NCBI RefSeq assembly: GCF_000143415.4
Contig: NW_003314333.1
Coordinates: forward strand, 813,815 to 877,814
From: Selaginella moellendorffii
Taxonomy: Eukaryota; Plantae; Lycopodiophyta
Direction of reading: 5' to 3'
Length of the DNA stretch: 64,000 nt
Shown: piece after piece, positions 34,986 to 48,180 of the stretch
Layout: each line of letters starts with the position of its first letter
Position numbering within the stretch: position 1 is the first letter of the stretch
The notes under the pieces: model-generated
Told to the model about the DNA's origin: nothing
What the model saw: the letters and a program-made list of their open reading frames with translations, nothing else
Databases searched by the model: none
Position numbers and translations under genes: made by a program

Positions 34986-37459
34986 ATGGCGCTCGCGCTG
35001 TTCTTCGCCCCAGATCTTCCTCCTCTGGCAGCGATCGCAGCGGCGGCAGTGGGCGGCGTAACGATCGATCCGGTTTCTAGCCTCCCTGAGGGATCCAAGC
35101 CGCAGCTAGCGCTGGAATCCGGGTAAGGGTTTAAGAAAGATTGCGTGCCGATCGTTTTTGATAGATTTCTTCCAATGCAGTGACAGGCTACTGGGATTGA
35201 ACACGCTGGTGCGATTTTTCGGGCGATTGAGCTCGCTACACGGATTCTATGGCGTCGATCCGGTCACTGCTTCTCAGGTAGCCACATTCTTTGGCTCACG
35301 GCTTTAGAACACTTTTTTCTGATCCCAGGTAGACGAATGGCTGGACTATTCACCGAAGTTTAGCGCTGGTGCCGAGTTTGAGGAGTGTTGCCACTACGCC
35401 AATTCCTATCTAGCGATGCGTACCTTCCTGGTGGGATACACTACCACTGTCGCGGATATCACGATCTGGTCATCTCTCGCTGGTAATCTTCGAAGGAAAA
35501 CTTTGAGGCACTGAGGAATTTTATCTTCCATTTTGTTGCAGGTGGAGGCAAGAGGTGGGAGAGTATGAAGAAGTCTGCAAAGTTCCCACATCTTTCACGC
35601 TGGTATGACGCCATTTCAGTCGATCGTCCGATACTCCAGGAACTAGCTTCCAAGTACGTTGGGAAAAGGGGACTGGGAAGGCCCGTCTCTGTTGAAGCGA
35701 AGCCAGTAGGAGCCGCAGCGGCTGGAGCTCCAAAGAAAGGGAAAGCCGACGTCCAGCAGACTGAGAAGGCCCAGAAGGTCGAAGGCTCGTTCGAGATATC
35801 TTTGCCGGGTGCCGAGATGGGAAAGGTGTGCACTCGTTTTCCACCGGAGCCTAGCGGCTTTCTCCACATCGGGCATGCGAAGGCTGCGTTTCTCAACGAG
35901 TATTTCGCGCGGAAGTACGGAGGGAAGCTGATTGTGCGGTTTGACGACACGAATCCGAGCAAGGAGAAAGACGAGTTCGTGACGAATATAATGCAGGACC
36001 TGGAGACTCTAGAGATCAAGCCAGACGAGGTCACGTACACGTCCGACTACTTTCCCGCTCTAATGGAAATGGCAGAGAAGCTGATCAAGGAAGGGAAAGC
36101 CTATGTCGACGACACTCCCAGGGAGGTGATGCAGAAGGAAAGGATGGACGGGATCGAGTCGAAGCGCAGGAATCAGAATGTGGAAGAGAACTTGGCGTTA
36201 TGGAAGGAGATGGTGGCAGGGACGAAAAGGGGCCTGAGTTGCTGCTTGAGGGGAAAACTCGACATGCAAGCACTGAACAAGACGCTGAGAGACCCTGTGT
36301 ACTACAGGTGCAACCCGGAGGAACACCACAGGGTGGGCTCGAAGTACAAGGTGTATCCAACGTATGACTTCGCATGCCCGTACGTGGACAGCACCGAAGG
36401 AGTCACTCATGCGCTTCGATCCAGCGAATATCACGACAGGAACGAGCAGTATTACAGAATCCTCGCGGACATGGGTGTAAGACCGGTCCATACGTGGGAC
36501 TTCAGCCGTCTCAACTTCGTCTATACACTTCTGAGCAAGCGGAAGCTGCAGTGGTTTGTGAGCCAGGGCCTCGTGGAAGGCTGGGACGATCCGCGCTTTC
36601 CTACAGTGCAGGGCATGCGAAGGCGTGGCCTGACTGTTGAGGCACTGCGCCGCTTCATCCTTTCACAGGTAAGAAAAATCTCTGGGAACTATTGAGTTTC
36701 TAACGATCCTCGTGTTCCTTTCCTCCAGGGCGCGTCAAAGAATCTGAACCTGATGGAGTGGGACAAGCTATGGACGATCAACAAGCAGATTATCGACCCG
36801 GTTTGCCCGAGGCACACGGCGGTCTTGAAGGATGGAAAGGTTCCACTCACTTTGCGAGACGGACCAGAGACGCCATTCATCCGGATCATACCTCGGCACA
36901 AGAAGTTCGCGGGAGCAGGCAAGAAGGCTACCGTTTTTGCGAACACCATCTTAATCGACAAAGCCGATGCGGAAGCAATTCACGAGGGGGAGGAGGTGAC
37001 ACTCATGGACTGGGAAACACCATCATCGAGAAGATCGACAGGGAGGGGGACAAAGTCACTGGCTTGTCCGGGGTGCTGCATCTCGAGGGATCGGTGAAGA
37101 CCACCAAGCTCAAGCTGACATGGCTCGCGGATCATCCGGAGCTCGTGGATCTCAACCTCGTTGAGCTTGACTACCTTATCAGAAAAGAGAAGGTAATTTT
37201 TTTTCCTTGGTTTTGGCTCTGGATAAATGTCGTTTTCTTTCAGATGGAGGAGGAGGACGAGCTGCTTAATGTGTTGAACCCGGTCACTAAAATCGAGGTG
37301 GCAGCGGTGGGCGATTCCAACATGCGAAACCTCGCCAAGGGGGAGATTATTCAGCTGGAGAGGAAGGGGTACTTCATCTGTGACGCGCCGTACGTCCGAT
37401 CGACGAGTCCGATTGTGCTCATCAGCATACCAGACGGGCGCCAGCGCCCTCGACAGTAG
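34986..37459 (+). CDS. Cytosolic glutamyl-tRNA synthetase with an apparent 1-bp frameshift near 37013
   Basis: GST-like N-terminus, TRFPPEPSGFLHIGHAKA (HIGH motif), RFDDTNP, LLSKRKL, GWDDPRFPT, QLERKGYF. Confidence 0.92.
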
Positions 37460-37678
37460 TCCAAGCAAACGTGACAAACGTAAGAGTATTGGTTTACAAT
37501 TGCTCACATATCGAGAAGGAGGCTATGTCGTCAGGCAGCGATCTTGTGGTGGATTTAAGGTTGACCCTTGCTGGGAGCTGTTCGACGAGTAAGAGGTTCT
37601 TTCCAGGTCGCCGGTTGGATGGAATAGTATTTCGCTTCACAGACTGGATGCGTTTTTTTGTAGTTTTTTCTTCCTTGT

Positions 37679-37772
37679 TTGACCACACCAGTCAATGAAG
37701 TCAAAGTAAAGTCAATGGAAAGTCAATAAAGTTTCTGCAAAGATTATTGACCTTGATTGACTAGCATTGACT
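37679..37772. promoter_or_regulatory. Dense cluster of eight W-box cores (TTGAC[C/T])
   Basis: TTGACC 37679; AGTCAA 37690, 37699, 37710, 37721; TTGACC 37747; TTGACT 37757, 37767. Confidence 0.5.
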
Positions 37773-37871
37773 TTTGCTTTGTCACCATCACCCTCGAAGT
37801 GGAACCCCAGACATGGATTCCACGTGTTTGCGAAGATCACCAAGCAAACAAGAATTTCACCCTCAGGATTT

Positions 37872-38980
37872 TTAAGGTTTTAGATGTGGAGATGTTCTAT
37901 TAATGTGTAACTTCGAATACTTGTGTGGGAAGGGCGGCCAGAAGCGGCCAGCAGATCTTCCCACAATGTTCTTCAAAGGAAGAGGTCCCCTGCGTTGAGC
38001 AAAGCACACGTAAAAAGAGAAAACACCAAAAGAATGGATTTGAGCTCCCACCAGACATGCGAGTCATTGCTGAGGTTGCGATTGTCACCCAAGACGAACA
38101 CACACCCCTTGGGGACTTGCTGACAAAACAAAAGCCATTCATGAGCTTGGTGTATGATTTCTTTCTTCGACTTACCCTTCGCTTCATCTCGTACTTGTGT
38201 GGTTCCAGAATGAAGGCTTCTTCTCTGCAAGCTCCATTCACTAGCAGTGAGCCATCAGAAACCTGCGAATCAAGAGACAAGTAGAAATCTTTACTTCCCA
38301 CTTTGATTTGCACATACCTCCACGAAATCTCCAGGCATTGCAACAATCCTCTTGACAAAAACTGCTCTAGAGCCAAAATCCTGTCAGCGAACTTTTCTTT
38401 TGTCGTCTGGAAAGAAAGAAGAAAAGATCATGTACCTCGATCAGCGCAGCAGGGCCTTTGAACAAAACAATTTCGTTCACCTCTGGTTTCCTAAAACGAT
38501 AAGTTACCTGCGGTAAAAAAGAAACCATCCATGAACAAACGCAAGGAACAGGTGAAAGAGAATAAACGCAAGAACGAAAGAGAAAGACCATGCAAAGAGC
38601 AAGTGAAAGAAAAAAAAAAGAGAAGAGAGTACCTTGTCGACAAAAATGTGATCTCCAACGTCTAGGCTGGGGAACATGGACAGCGATTGGATTCGCCTTG
38701 GCTCCGCAACCAGGCGCCTCACAGCGAATGCCAGCAGCAGCGCCACGAGGAAACACTTGGTCTCGTCAGTCCAAAATCTTTTCATCCAAACGAAGCGCTT
38801 GCCTGGCACGGAGAAATCTTTCGCTCCATCATCATCGTCGTCGTCGAAATGTACCCGACCCCTCTCTGCACGACAGCGGCAGCACATACGAATCCCCCGC
38901 GATCGTGCATTCCTGTCGCTGCTGTGAAGCACGGAGAGCTGGAGCTGGAGCTGCGCGCCAACACGAAATATCATCGCCAT
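37872..38980 (-). CDS. Plastid type I signal peptidase (S26A, thylakoidal processing peptidase-like)
   Basis: AEPRRIQSLSMFPSLDVGDHIFVDK (catalytic Ser), FVKRIVA (Lys), [21 protein letters not shown]. Confidence 0.9.
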
Positions 38981-39503
38981 CGCTGCCAAGAACCCTAAAA
39001 ACACGAATCTAGGGTTTGGGAGCAAGGATGAATGCCGCGACTGCGCTCCACAAGGCGGCAAATGCGATGGCGATCATCGTGCCAGCGGCGGCCATAGCAG
39101 CCTACATCAATCTCCCAGCTCCAGAGAAGAAGGTGCCATCATCATCCAAGAAGTAAGCTCACAAATGGGGAGAACGAGGAATTTTAGGGAATCTTTTGTG
39201 GAATCTCTCTATCAATCAAATCGCTATTCGATCTTTTAATCAATTGCTTATGTCTATAATCTAAACTTCCGTACCAAGTGGCCACAAACTGGGAAATGTG
39301 GCCACCGCCGTGAGATACATTCTGCAAATTTGTGGCTGTGGACGCCCCGGATCAAAGCCAGCCAATAGGCAGCGTGCTCCCCTATCCGGTCAGGATTCCA
39401 TCCACCTAAACAAGCTTTTCTCTACTCCATACTATCCTTCCTCCATAGCTTAGCTTGCAAAGTTCTTTGCGAAACATACACACACCGCAAATCCCACATT
39501 GCT

Positions 39504-40611
39504 ATGGCGACTGCGGTGTGTGCTTCCTCCACCATCGCTGTAGCACCCTCTTCAAGGTAAGCAAGAGAGAAGAAGAGATCTAAGCTCTGTAGCAAAAGTC
39601 TAGTAGACGTGCGTACCTCTTCCCTGGATGGTTTGAAACTTCCATTCTTTTTGTGACACCAGCGCTCAAAAGAAGCCGAACGAGATCGTCTCCGCAAAGA
39701 CCACCTTCCTCGGCGGGCGACCACTGAGGAACAAGGCTCACGTCGCAAAGGCAGCCAAAGCGGTCTTCTCTGTGACAGCCGCGGCAGCGACCGAGAGACC
39801 CCTGTGGTTCCCTGGAAGCACTCCTCCGGCCTGGTTAGACGGAAGGTCAGTGACAACTTCGATTGATAAGTATGAGAGCAAGGAACTTACCGCTTTGCTG
39901 TCATCCCTGTGATGCAGCCTGCCAGCAGACTTTGGATTCGATCCTCTCGGCCTTGGTAAGATCTCTGGAAGTGGTGTTCTGACTTGATAAGCTTGGGAAC
40001 TCCTCGTCAGGCTCGGAACCGGAACTTCTCAAGTGGTTCGTCCAGTCGGAGATTGTGCACTCGAGATGGGCCATGCTTGGCGCTGCTGGAATCTTCATCC
40101 CCGAAGCTCTCACCAAGCTCGGAATTCTCAACACTCCTTTCTGGTACACTGCTGGCGAGCAGGAATACTTCACTGACCAGACCACGCTCTTCATCGTGGA
40201 GATGATTCTTCTTGGCTGGGCCGAAGGCAGGAGATGGGCCGACATACTGAAACCAGGCTCTGTCAACACGGACCCCGTCTTCCCCAACAACAAGCTCACA
40301 GGAACAGACGTGGGATACCCCGGTGGATTCTGGTTCGATCCATTCGGCTGGGGAACTGCTTCGCCTGAAAAGCTCAAGGAACTCAGGACCAAGGAGATCA
40401 AGAATGGAAGACTTGCAATGCTTGCCGTCATGGGTGCCTGGTTCCAAGCTGTATACACTGGTGCACGTCCGATTGACAACCTGCTGGCTCATCTCGCCGA
40501 TCCTGGACATGCAACGATCTTCTCGGTAAGAAACAACCCAAAAGAGAGGAGAGAAAACGAAAATGGTACTCACGTCAATGTTTTGTTCTGCAGGCATTCA
40601 CGAGCCAGTAA
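39504..40611 (+). CDS. LHCA2: Photosystem I light-harvesting chlorophyll a/b protein Lhca2
   Basis: [87 protein letters not shown]. Confidence 0.93.
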
Positions 40612-40764
40612 AAAGTCTCTCTTTTGCGCGTATAACTGTATGTGCATATAGACCCCCTTCGGTTTCAATGGTGATCAAATTGCCTTTAGTTCGAACGCCA
40701 TTCTTGCAAAAATGTACACAGCTTGTATTAGACAATATATATCCAGAATAACGAGTTGTTTCTC

Positions 40765-41738
40765 TTAGATTGTGCCGTTCATGGCTTTCATGATGGTCGC
40801 TTCGAATGATTTTGTATCCTGGCAGTGAAAAATTAAGAACCACAAATAGTCGAGAAAATTGCTTACCATTGCTCCGGAGCACGAGAACTTTCCGTTGAAG
40901 AGAAATGACGGAACCGAATGCAAGCCCATCTTTCCCTTTGCAAGCTTATCTTCTTCGAGAACTTCGCGTTTTCCTTCTCCAGATTCCTGTTGGATAACAC
41001 ACAAAGATTAGAAAACACAAGGCTTAAAAAACAAATATAAGAACTACCAGATACTCGCGAACGTTTGGCAAGCCGAGCTTTTCTCCAGCCGATTTCAGGA
41101 CCTCCAAATCCGATATATTCTGGCCTTCTTCGTAAGTCAGCGTGAAAAGAAGCTGTTCTGCCTCGGCAGCTTTGCCTACAGTGTCCGCCAACCTCACAAG
41201 CCTGAATTCAAAGGTTAAAACTGCTAGAAGTTTCTTCCCTACTTGCCTGTGTCCATGCAAAGAATTCGGCCACCACTTCCAATTCTCAAATACAGCTCCA
41301 TCCTTGGCACCTGACCTGAGGTAATTTTCTATCGATTGTCACGGGCTTCGCTATCTCTGTCCAAGAGAACTTACCTTCTCAAAGAAGTAGTCCAGGAATC
41401 CGAGCCCCATCTCCTTCGATTATAAGCCAGATACTCCTCTCCAGAGGGATTGGTGCTGTGATCAATAATGTATGGATGCCTAGAAAGAAATTTCTTCCAG
41501 TGAGGTAGCATCCACAACAAAATGCGCATCGTGGCGTACCATTTCACCGACGCAATCTTTGCCCCTCCAGCAGCCGATTCCACATTCTTTATGGCACGAT
41601 CCAAGCGAACCTATCGCGAAATCCCAAGCACATCGGTCGAAAATCCGCGCAAACGAGCTGGATTCTTCACAATACCTTGCCGACATAGCACCAGGGGCAC
41701 GAAATATCGCTCCAGACATCGATCTGGACGGCCGGCAT
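40765..41738 (-). CDS. DsbA-like / FrnE-type thioredoxin-fold oxidoreductase, multi-exon
   Basis: Exon 1 MPAVQIDVWSDISCPWCYVGK (CxxC); later YEEGQNISDLEVL and GLHSVPSFLFNGKFSCSGA. Confidence 0.85.
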
Positions 41739-41840
41739 CGGCGAAGAGCGATCGCGTGGCGCCCCGGGCAGAGCCATGGACTAAAAGAACTTGGGGATAT
41801 GTTTATTACCTAGGCTAGAGCAAGAACCCTAATTTCTGGG

Positions 41841-43445
41841 ATGGAGAACAGGGGCATGAGGCTGCGCGTTCGTGCCGCTGGCGGTGGCGCCACACATCGC
41901 ATCCAGGTACCGGCACCAGCAAGAATCTACGATCTCCGCCACGCGCTCTCCCAGACGATTGGCGTGCCGGCGGATAGCATCCGGCTCTCGCTCAACAAGC
42001 GCGACGAGATAGAGGGCGACGCGTCGGCGCCGCTGGAAGCGTATGGAATTCGCCCCGGGGATCTTCTCTACTACTTCGATCGGGACCTAGGTTTCTCGGG
42101 TTCACGCACAGGTGAGGCGGTTTCAAGGGAAGTGGAAAGGAGGGAATTGTGTGCCTCGGCAGCGGATAAGCGTGCTCGAGAGCAAAAGGCTGCTCTTGCG
42201 GAGGAATCCTCGGCGACAAGGAGTAGAGTTGAGGCTGTGGATCGAAATGCCGGGCAACCATCGCCGCCGCAGGTCGAAGAACAACGTCGAATGGAAGAGG
42301 AGGCTGTGAATCGAGATGTCGAGCAAGAGCAAGGATCGGAGGAACGATCCATGGAAGGGGAAGAGGAGGAAGTCCGGAACAAGTACTGTCACCTTATCCC
42401 AAATCTCCTCTCGAGGCTTTTGTCCGTGGAAGGCAAGAACGTGGGGAATTCGCGAGACCTCTTGATCTTGGCGGTCCACGCAGTGATGCTCGAGACTGGA
42501 TTCGTGATTCTGGGCCGCCCGACAATTGCTGGAGCTTCCTCGATCAAGTATACTCTTCCAGAGCTCGGCCAGCTCAAGAACGATGAGGCCAGAGTTCTTC
42601 TCCGGTGTCAAAGCGTTGGAGAATTCATGGTTGTCTACGGCAGCGTCCAGGGATCGTCTCAGATCTTCCGCCTTAGCCTCTCCATCTCCAAGTTTCTGGG
42701 AGAAGTTCTTGTGGAAGGAGAATCAAAAGGTGGTGGTGGTGGAAGCCAGGAGCAGCAGTACCAGGCTTCTTTCTCGCTCTACAAGGACGCGTTTGCTCTC
42801 TGGAAGGAGATCAAGGACAACCTCACGCTGCGGTTGCTGATGCTGCTGTGCGAGATCGCGGGGCTGCCACTGCCGGCGTGCTTCCAGATCCTCCCCACCG
42901 AGCTCAAGATGAAGATTCTCGAGTTTCTTCCAGCTTTAGACGTCGCCAGGATCTCGATGGTCTCATCGGAGCTGAGATTCCTCGCCGCCAACAACGATCT
43001 CTGGCGAATGAAGTTCGCGGGCGAGAGTTTCAAGCTCAAGCAAGGGGAAGCTCCGCCGGCGAGCTGGAAGGTCGCGTTTGTTCGCGAGTGGTACGCGAGG
43101 AAACGGAGAGAACGCATCCAGGTCCTGTCGCGGAGAGACGTCATCGTTCCCAGGAGGAACTTGAGGCCACACCATCCCTGGGGGATCATCGGGGGCGACT
43201 ACGATGCTTACCCGGAGATCCCATTCCTTCCGGCGCGAGGAGGGATCAATCCATTCGGGGGGCTGAGGTTTCGGCGGCCTCTCAATCCTGGATGCATTGG
43301 CCCCGCGAGCAGTGGGATTGGATCGGGAGGAGGAGCACTGCCAGAGCTCTCCCGCCCAGGTGAAAATCCTCTTCCTCTTCCTTTCTTCACGGATCACGAT
43401 CATAGTGGAAATCCTCCTTTCTTCATGGATCACGGTGAGACGTAG
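41841..43445 (+). CDS. F-box protein SKIP22/FBXO7-like (Ubl + FP/PI31-like + F-box)
   Basis: MRLRVR ubiquitin-like N-terminus, LAVHAVMLETGF, F-box LPTELKMKILEFLP, Pro-rich tail with IIGGDYD. Confidence 0.88.
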   Translation: MENRGMRLRVRAAGGGATHRIQVPAPARIYDLRHALSQTIGVPADSIRLSLNKRDEIEGDASAPLEAYGIRPGDLLYYFDRDLGFSGSRTGEAVSREVERRELCASAADKRAREQKAALAEESSATRSRVEAVDRNAGQPSPPQVEEQRRMEEEAVNRDVEQEQGSEERSMEGEEEEVRNKYCHLIPNLLSRLLSVEGKNVGNSRDLLILAVHAVMLETGFVILGRPTIAGASSIKYTLPELGQLKNDEARVLLRCQSVGEFMVVYGSVQGSSQIFRLSLSISKFLGEVLVEGESKGGGGGSQEQQYQASFSLYKDAFALWKEIKDNLTLRLLMLLCEIAGLPLPACFQILPTELKMKILEFLPALDVARISMVSSELRFLAANNDLWRMKFAGESFKLKQGEAPPASWKVAFVREWYARKRRERIQVLSRRDVIVPRRNLRPHHPWGIIGGDYDAYPEIPFLPARGGINPFGGLRFRRPLNPGCIGPASSGIGSGGGALPELSRPGENPLPLPFFTDHDHSGNPPFFMDHGET

Positions 43446-44021
43446 AGTAACATACTTATCAGCTAAATAATAATACTATATACTTCTATCAACTGAAAGT
43501 GTCCTAGCGTTCTTTGTTTCAGCTGTTTTGCATCAATGCAAGATAAACTTACTAGGAATCCTTGTAAACATACAAGAAGATCTATGAGGTTAGAGGCAGG
43601 AGGCTTAAGAGATCTACATTACTAAGAGGCCTCTAATGTGTCAGGGCCCTGGTATCTCCTGGCTTACTGATCGTAGAATATATTTGCAACTTCCACTAAT
43701 GGTTACAACATTCCTAGTTTGATCCATTTTGATATATTTGGGTTTGCATGAAGCTAGAGGCTTCAAAAACAAATACAAAATTGCATCATCGTCGTGGATA
43801 GCCAATGTTCTTGCTTTTGTAGTCTAGAAAAAAAAACAATCAAATTTTGAAAATTTTTCATGTTTCAATGTCATTTTTACTAAGAGATTTACAATTTTTT
43901 TTACATTGAATTTTAAACCATGCAACCTTATACAAAGTTTGACAACAAAGATTAATCTACCATATAGAAAAATATATAAATCTCTCATTCTTATTTTCCT
44001 CTTTAATCTCTAAAAGGCACA

Positions 44022-44190
44022 AGAATTGCCTAAAACTAGTATACTAATTTATAATTTCTTTTTTTTGCCCAACAAAACTTGGACACTATAAATACTTGCA
44101 ATCACTAGAATTGCCTAAAACTAATACACTAACTCATAGTTTTTTTTTTTCCTAACAAAACTTGAACACTAGAAGAACTTGCAATCAATT
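44022..44190. repeat. Two-copy tandem repeat, unit about 85 bp
   Basis: agaattgcctaaaacta...aacaaaacttg...acttgcaatca occurs twice. Confidence 0.75.
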
Positions 44191-47100
44191 GCTATAATGT
44201 TGATTTGATCAACAAATAATACTACCATGGTGACTAGATATAAAAATACTACATTTAAATTTTTCAAATTCATTCTTCTATAATATGATTGCCTCTTCTT
44301 TTTGTTTCTCTTCTTCAGCCTAAAAGTTTTATTCAAGCTCCAGAGCAAAATTAATATCCCCCTCAATTACCTTTAGCTGCTCTCTCTAAAAATCCCCCTC
44401 AAATAAATGATCTATCATTTCCTCATTGTCCATATTCTGGAAAATGCAATTTATTTTTTTTATCACTTCTTTGAATTTCCACTAAACCTTCCCCAACTAG
44501 AGTTTGTTTTTCTTCATTCACTCCTTTCTCCTCCCTTTGAAGTATTGTGATGATATTAGTTATTTTGTTATTATCAATTTCAAGATCTTCCAAGTCTGCC
44601 AGCCGGATCACCACCACAGTTTCATCACTTTGTTGACCACTCTATTTCTAGTCAATAACCCTTCCTTGACTATTGTTGATTATTAAACCCTTGTTTATCT
44701 TGTTTTCAATTGGAGTGCATTTGAGCTTTTTGTTTTGATATGCTATATCCACTTTTTGAATGTTGCTTAATCTTAGCCACTTCATATAGATGAGCCTTGT
44801 TTTTCCACTATAGGTGAATTTTTCCTACACTGTTTGTAATATTACATTGGCTAGCTGATATTGTCATTGTTGAAGTAGTCAAAGTTGCCACACTCATTGT
44901 GATTGCACTTTGTATAAGTCAAGTGCTACTGTTTCAGGTATGTCTTCAACTCATCCACACTTCTAAATTGGAATTTATTTTGCTGGGAGGATGAAGACCC
45001 AAAAAGTGGGTAATTCTAGAGAAGATGAAGTTCTTTGTATTCCTTACTGCTCTTTTTTGGTATGGGAAATATTCACCACTTTACATGTGAAACACTATTT
45101 GCAAAGTATGAACCACCCTTTGTGATACATGATTTACAGGTGTATGCACCTCCTTACATGAATGAATATTTCCTATATAGGCAAAATTATACAATTACTA
45201 CAGTAAAATTTATAACTCAATTTCTACCCACGTTTAGAATGTATATATCACCCCATGAGTTAATCGAGCTTTTGCCAAACAAAGCAGTTGAGAAGCTTCA
45301 CACTATAAATACGGAACATAGAGCTATAAAGTTTGTTATTAAATGTAGGTATCAGTTTTGGAGACACTACTACCATCACTTTAATCTCTGTCTAAAAAGG
45401 TAAAACAACCTTAAACACTTCTAAAAATTCTAAAATACATTGCAAAACTTAAGAATTTGTCATACAAACTTAACCAAAGACTTGTATTGACCATTACCAC
45501 CCGTTGACAAAGAGGCTAGAGAGAAATTTACCTTGAAAATTAATTTTTTCTAGATCTGAAGCAAAGTCTTCCACAAATTAATTATTACATGCTTGAAAGG
45601 TCACCTATTGTCATTCCATAAATAAATTGATCTAAAATAAGCTATTATGTACTAAAAAATTTAATCCTTGTATTGATTTCATAGAGTAATTTCATAAAAT
45701 GGTTTCCACACCCTGTTCAAATTAATTTATAATGTTGATCCATTTAAAAGAGAAATTTGTTAAGAGTAATAGGCTAATTTTTCTAATTCCATAGTTGTAA
45801 GGGCAAGATTGGCTGTAAGTTAAAAGGTACGACCCACTGTGAAGTAAGCAAGTTACTCTGGAATTGACTATCACACGCCAGAAACTTTGCACTAAATTAA
45901 TGTTAACCATACTAAGCACAGGCAAAAAGGAAGGTCTTTCCTGTGCTTGGAGAAATTGAGGATTGACAACCCTTTACAACCCTGATAGAAGTTGATTGGG
46001 GGAATTGGGGTAGATACAATAAAAATGTTTACCAACAATTTACCACACCTATTAGAAGATACATTTTGCTTATAGACCCAGATGGAAGTTGGTTGATCCC
46101 CACTCTATGTGACTAAGCAAAAGTATAAAAAAGCAAAAACTAAACTATCTTGTATGCCTAATTAAACCAACAAATGATATATTTAACGAAATTGCTTAAA
46201 CAACTCGATGAATTACCGAGTGAAATACTTGACAATATTTTGCTTAAGGTATACAAAAGTTTGATTTTTGGTACCTTTACTATTGTCAAGGAAGGTGTGA
46301 TAATACACTTAAATTACTTTGTAGGTACACAGTGTAAGCAAAACTTATATCTATAAAGTTATTTATACAAAAAGAAAATAGTATCAAGATTTTTTCTAGA
46401 TAAAGAAATAGTCTACCTATCCAAGCTAGATGCAAATTCTGAATATTATAACTTGTGAAGGATTTATAAAATTTTGCCTACCAAACAATTACTAAAATTT
46501 TATGCAATCTTAGGTAAAGAAGCTATTGTAGGAATTTAATAGTTCATAATAAAGCTTGGATACCCATAAGTAGAAATACACCTATTAATAATTGGGCTAA
46601 TAGATATTGGATCAATCCCGAATTTGGATTAATAGGCAACAAAATTTTGTAGAGTAAATTTTTCTTAAGATGGATCATACTTGAGCAAGATAAATACATT
46701 GTGAAAAGTAATATCTTTTGCTTGAGAAATTTTTGGGACTTTCACATAAGAAATATCCTAAACATTTAGCCTTTAAAAGAAAGCCATCTCTATTTCAAAA
46801 TTGATTGGGAACCTAGGTGCTTACTCCTTAAAGTGATTAATAGGTTAATTTATAAGGGGAATATATTACATACCAAAACTTTGTACCACTCACTTCACAA
46901 ACGAGACATAATAACTAGGTTTGCCATAATAACAACACCAATATACTTCAAAATAAATAGGTATAGATCAACAATTGATCTTATCTATAAAGCTTTGGAG
47001 GGCATAATCTTTATGCATAAAATTGTCACTGTCTATACCAAACAAGATGATAGATATACAATATTTCCCTTCACAATCTGATGAGCGGAAGACAGTTTGA

Positions 47101-47499
47101 AAAGAAGTATTCACAAGATCTAAAATGAGATTACAAAGCATTTGCTTATGATATCTGTAATCTTAACCTCCTTTCAGAACAAATTAAATCATTGCTCAAT
47201 CAAGTTAAAGAAAAGTTTGAAAGAGAATGAGCTGAAAACATATTGGGTACACCTCAATAAAGAGGAGTTAAAAATCCCGATACGACTTTGATGGTCACCC
47301 AAAATATATGAATTTATATACTACTCCTTGGCAGCAATGGCACATAGAAAATGCCTTTACTTCAACTGAGAGTAGTGAAATATGAACCAAATATTTGTTT
47401 TGCTTATACTAATTGCAAAATAGAGCATTTTCTATCAAGTTGCAATGAGCACAATGGTAATTGTAGGAATGACAATAGGTATTGTCATCATATATCCAT

Positions 47500-48180
47500 C
47501 TGAATTTGGAATTAAAGGAGAGAACCCACAACTACATATTGAGCAATACATAAAAACAATTAAACTCAATCAAGCATATGGGTAGGAAAAGAACCTTTTC
47601 CCCTATACACAAAAAAAAGAAGCTAAAGACTGGTACTATTATAATAAAGTTAGAAAGCTTGTCACATTTGATGAGTAGGCAAAATTTTTCCTTAAAACTT
47701 TTTCCATGGAAACAAACCCAAGAGAAAACTATGATGAGTTGCAAAATATTCATCAAAGAAAACCTGAGACAATTGAAGAATATACAACTCAATTCAACAA
47801 GTGTTCTAAGCATTATATAGATTTAGTGTCAGACAAAATGCATTTACACCTATATATACAAAGCCTCAAAAAAATTTATTGTGAACATGCAATAAAAAAA
47901 GCTTATGTAGATTTTGATGACTTGAAAAAAGCTATGATTTCCTACCAAGATCTCATAAAATAGTATAACATGGTAAAGTTAGATGAAAAAACAACTCTTA
48001 TAGACAAAGAAACTAATCTTCTAAAAAGCTTCAAATCCCAAACTAATCTTAAATAAAAGATTTGGTGCATAAGATGCAAAAATGAAAGCCACAGCAAGGA
48101 AGAATGCAAACTCTAGCTAATCAAGTGCCAAATTTGTAAATAAAAAGGGCATTCAGCTAAACAATATAGAACCTTGTTTA
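47500..48180 (+). mobile_element. Degenerate LTR-retrotransposon gag remnant
   Basis: Gag-like ELQNIHQRKPETIEEYTTQF; zinc knuckle CIRCKNESHSKEEC and a second broken knuckle CQICK*KGHSAKQY; in-frame stops. Confidence 0.7.
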
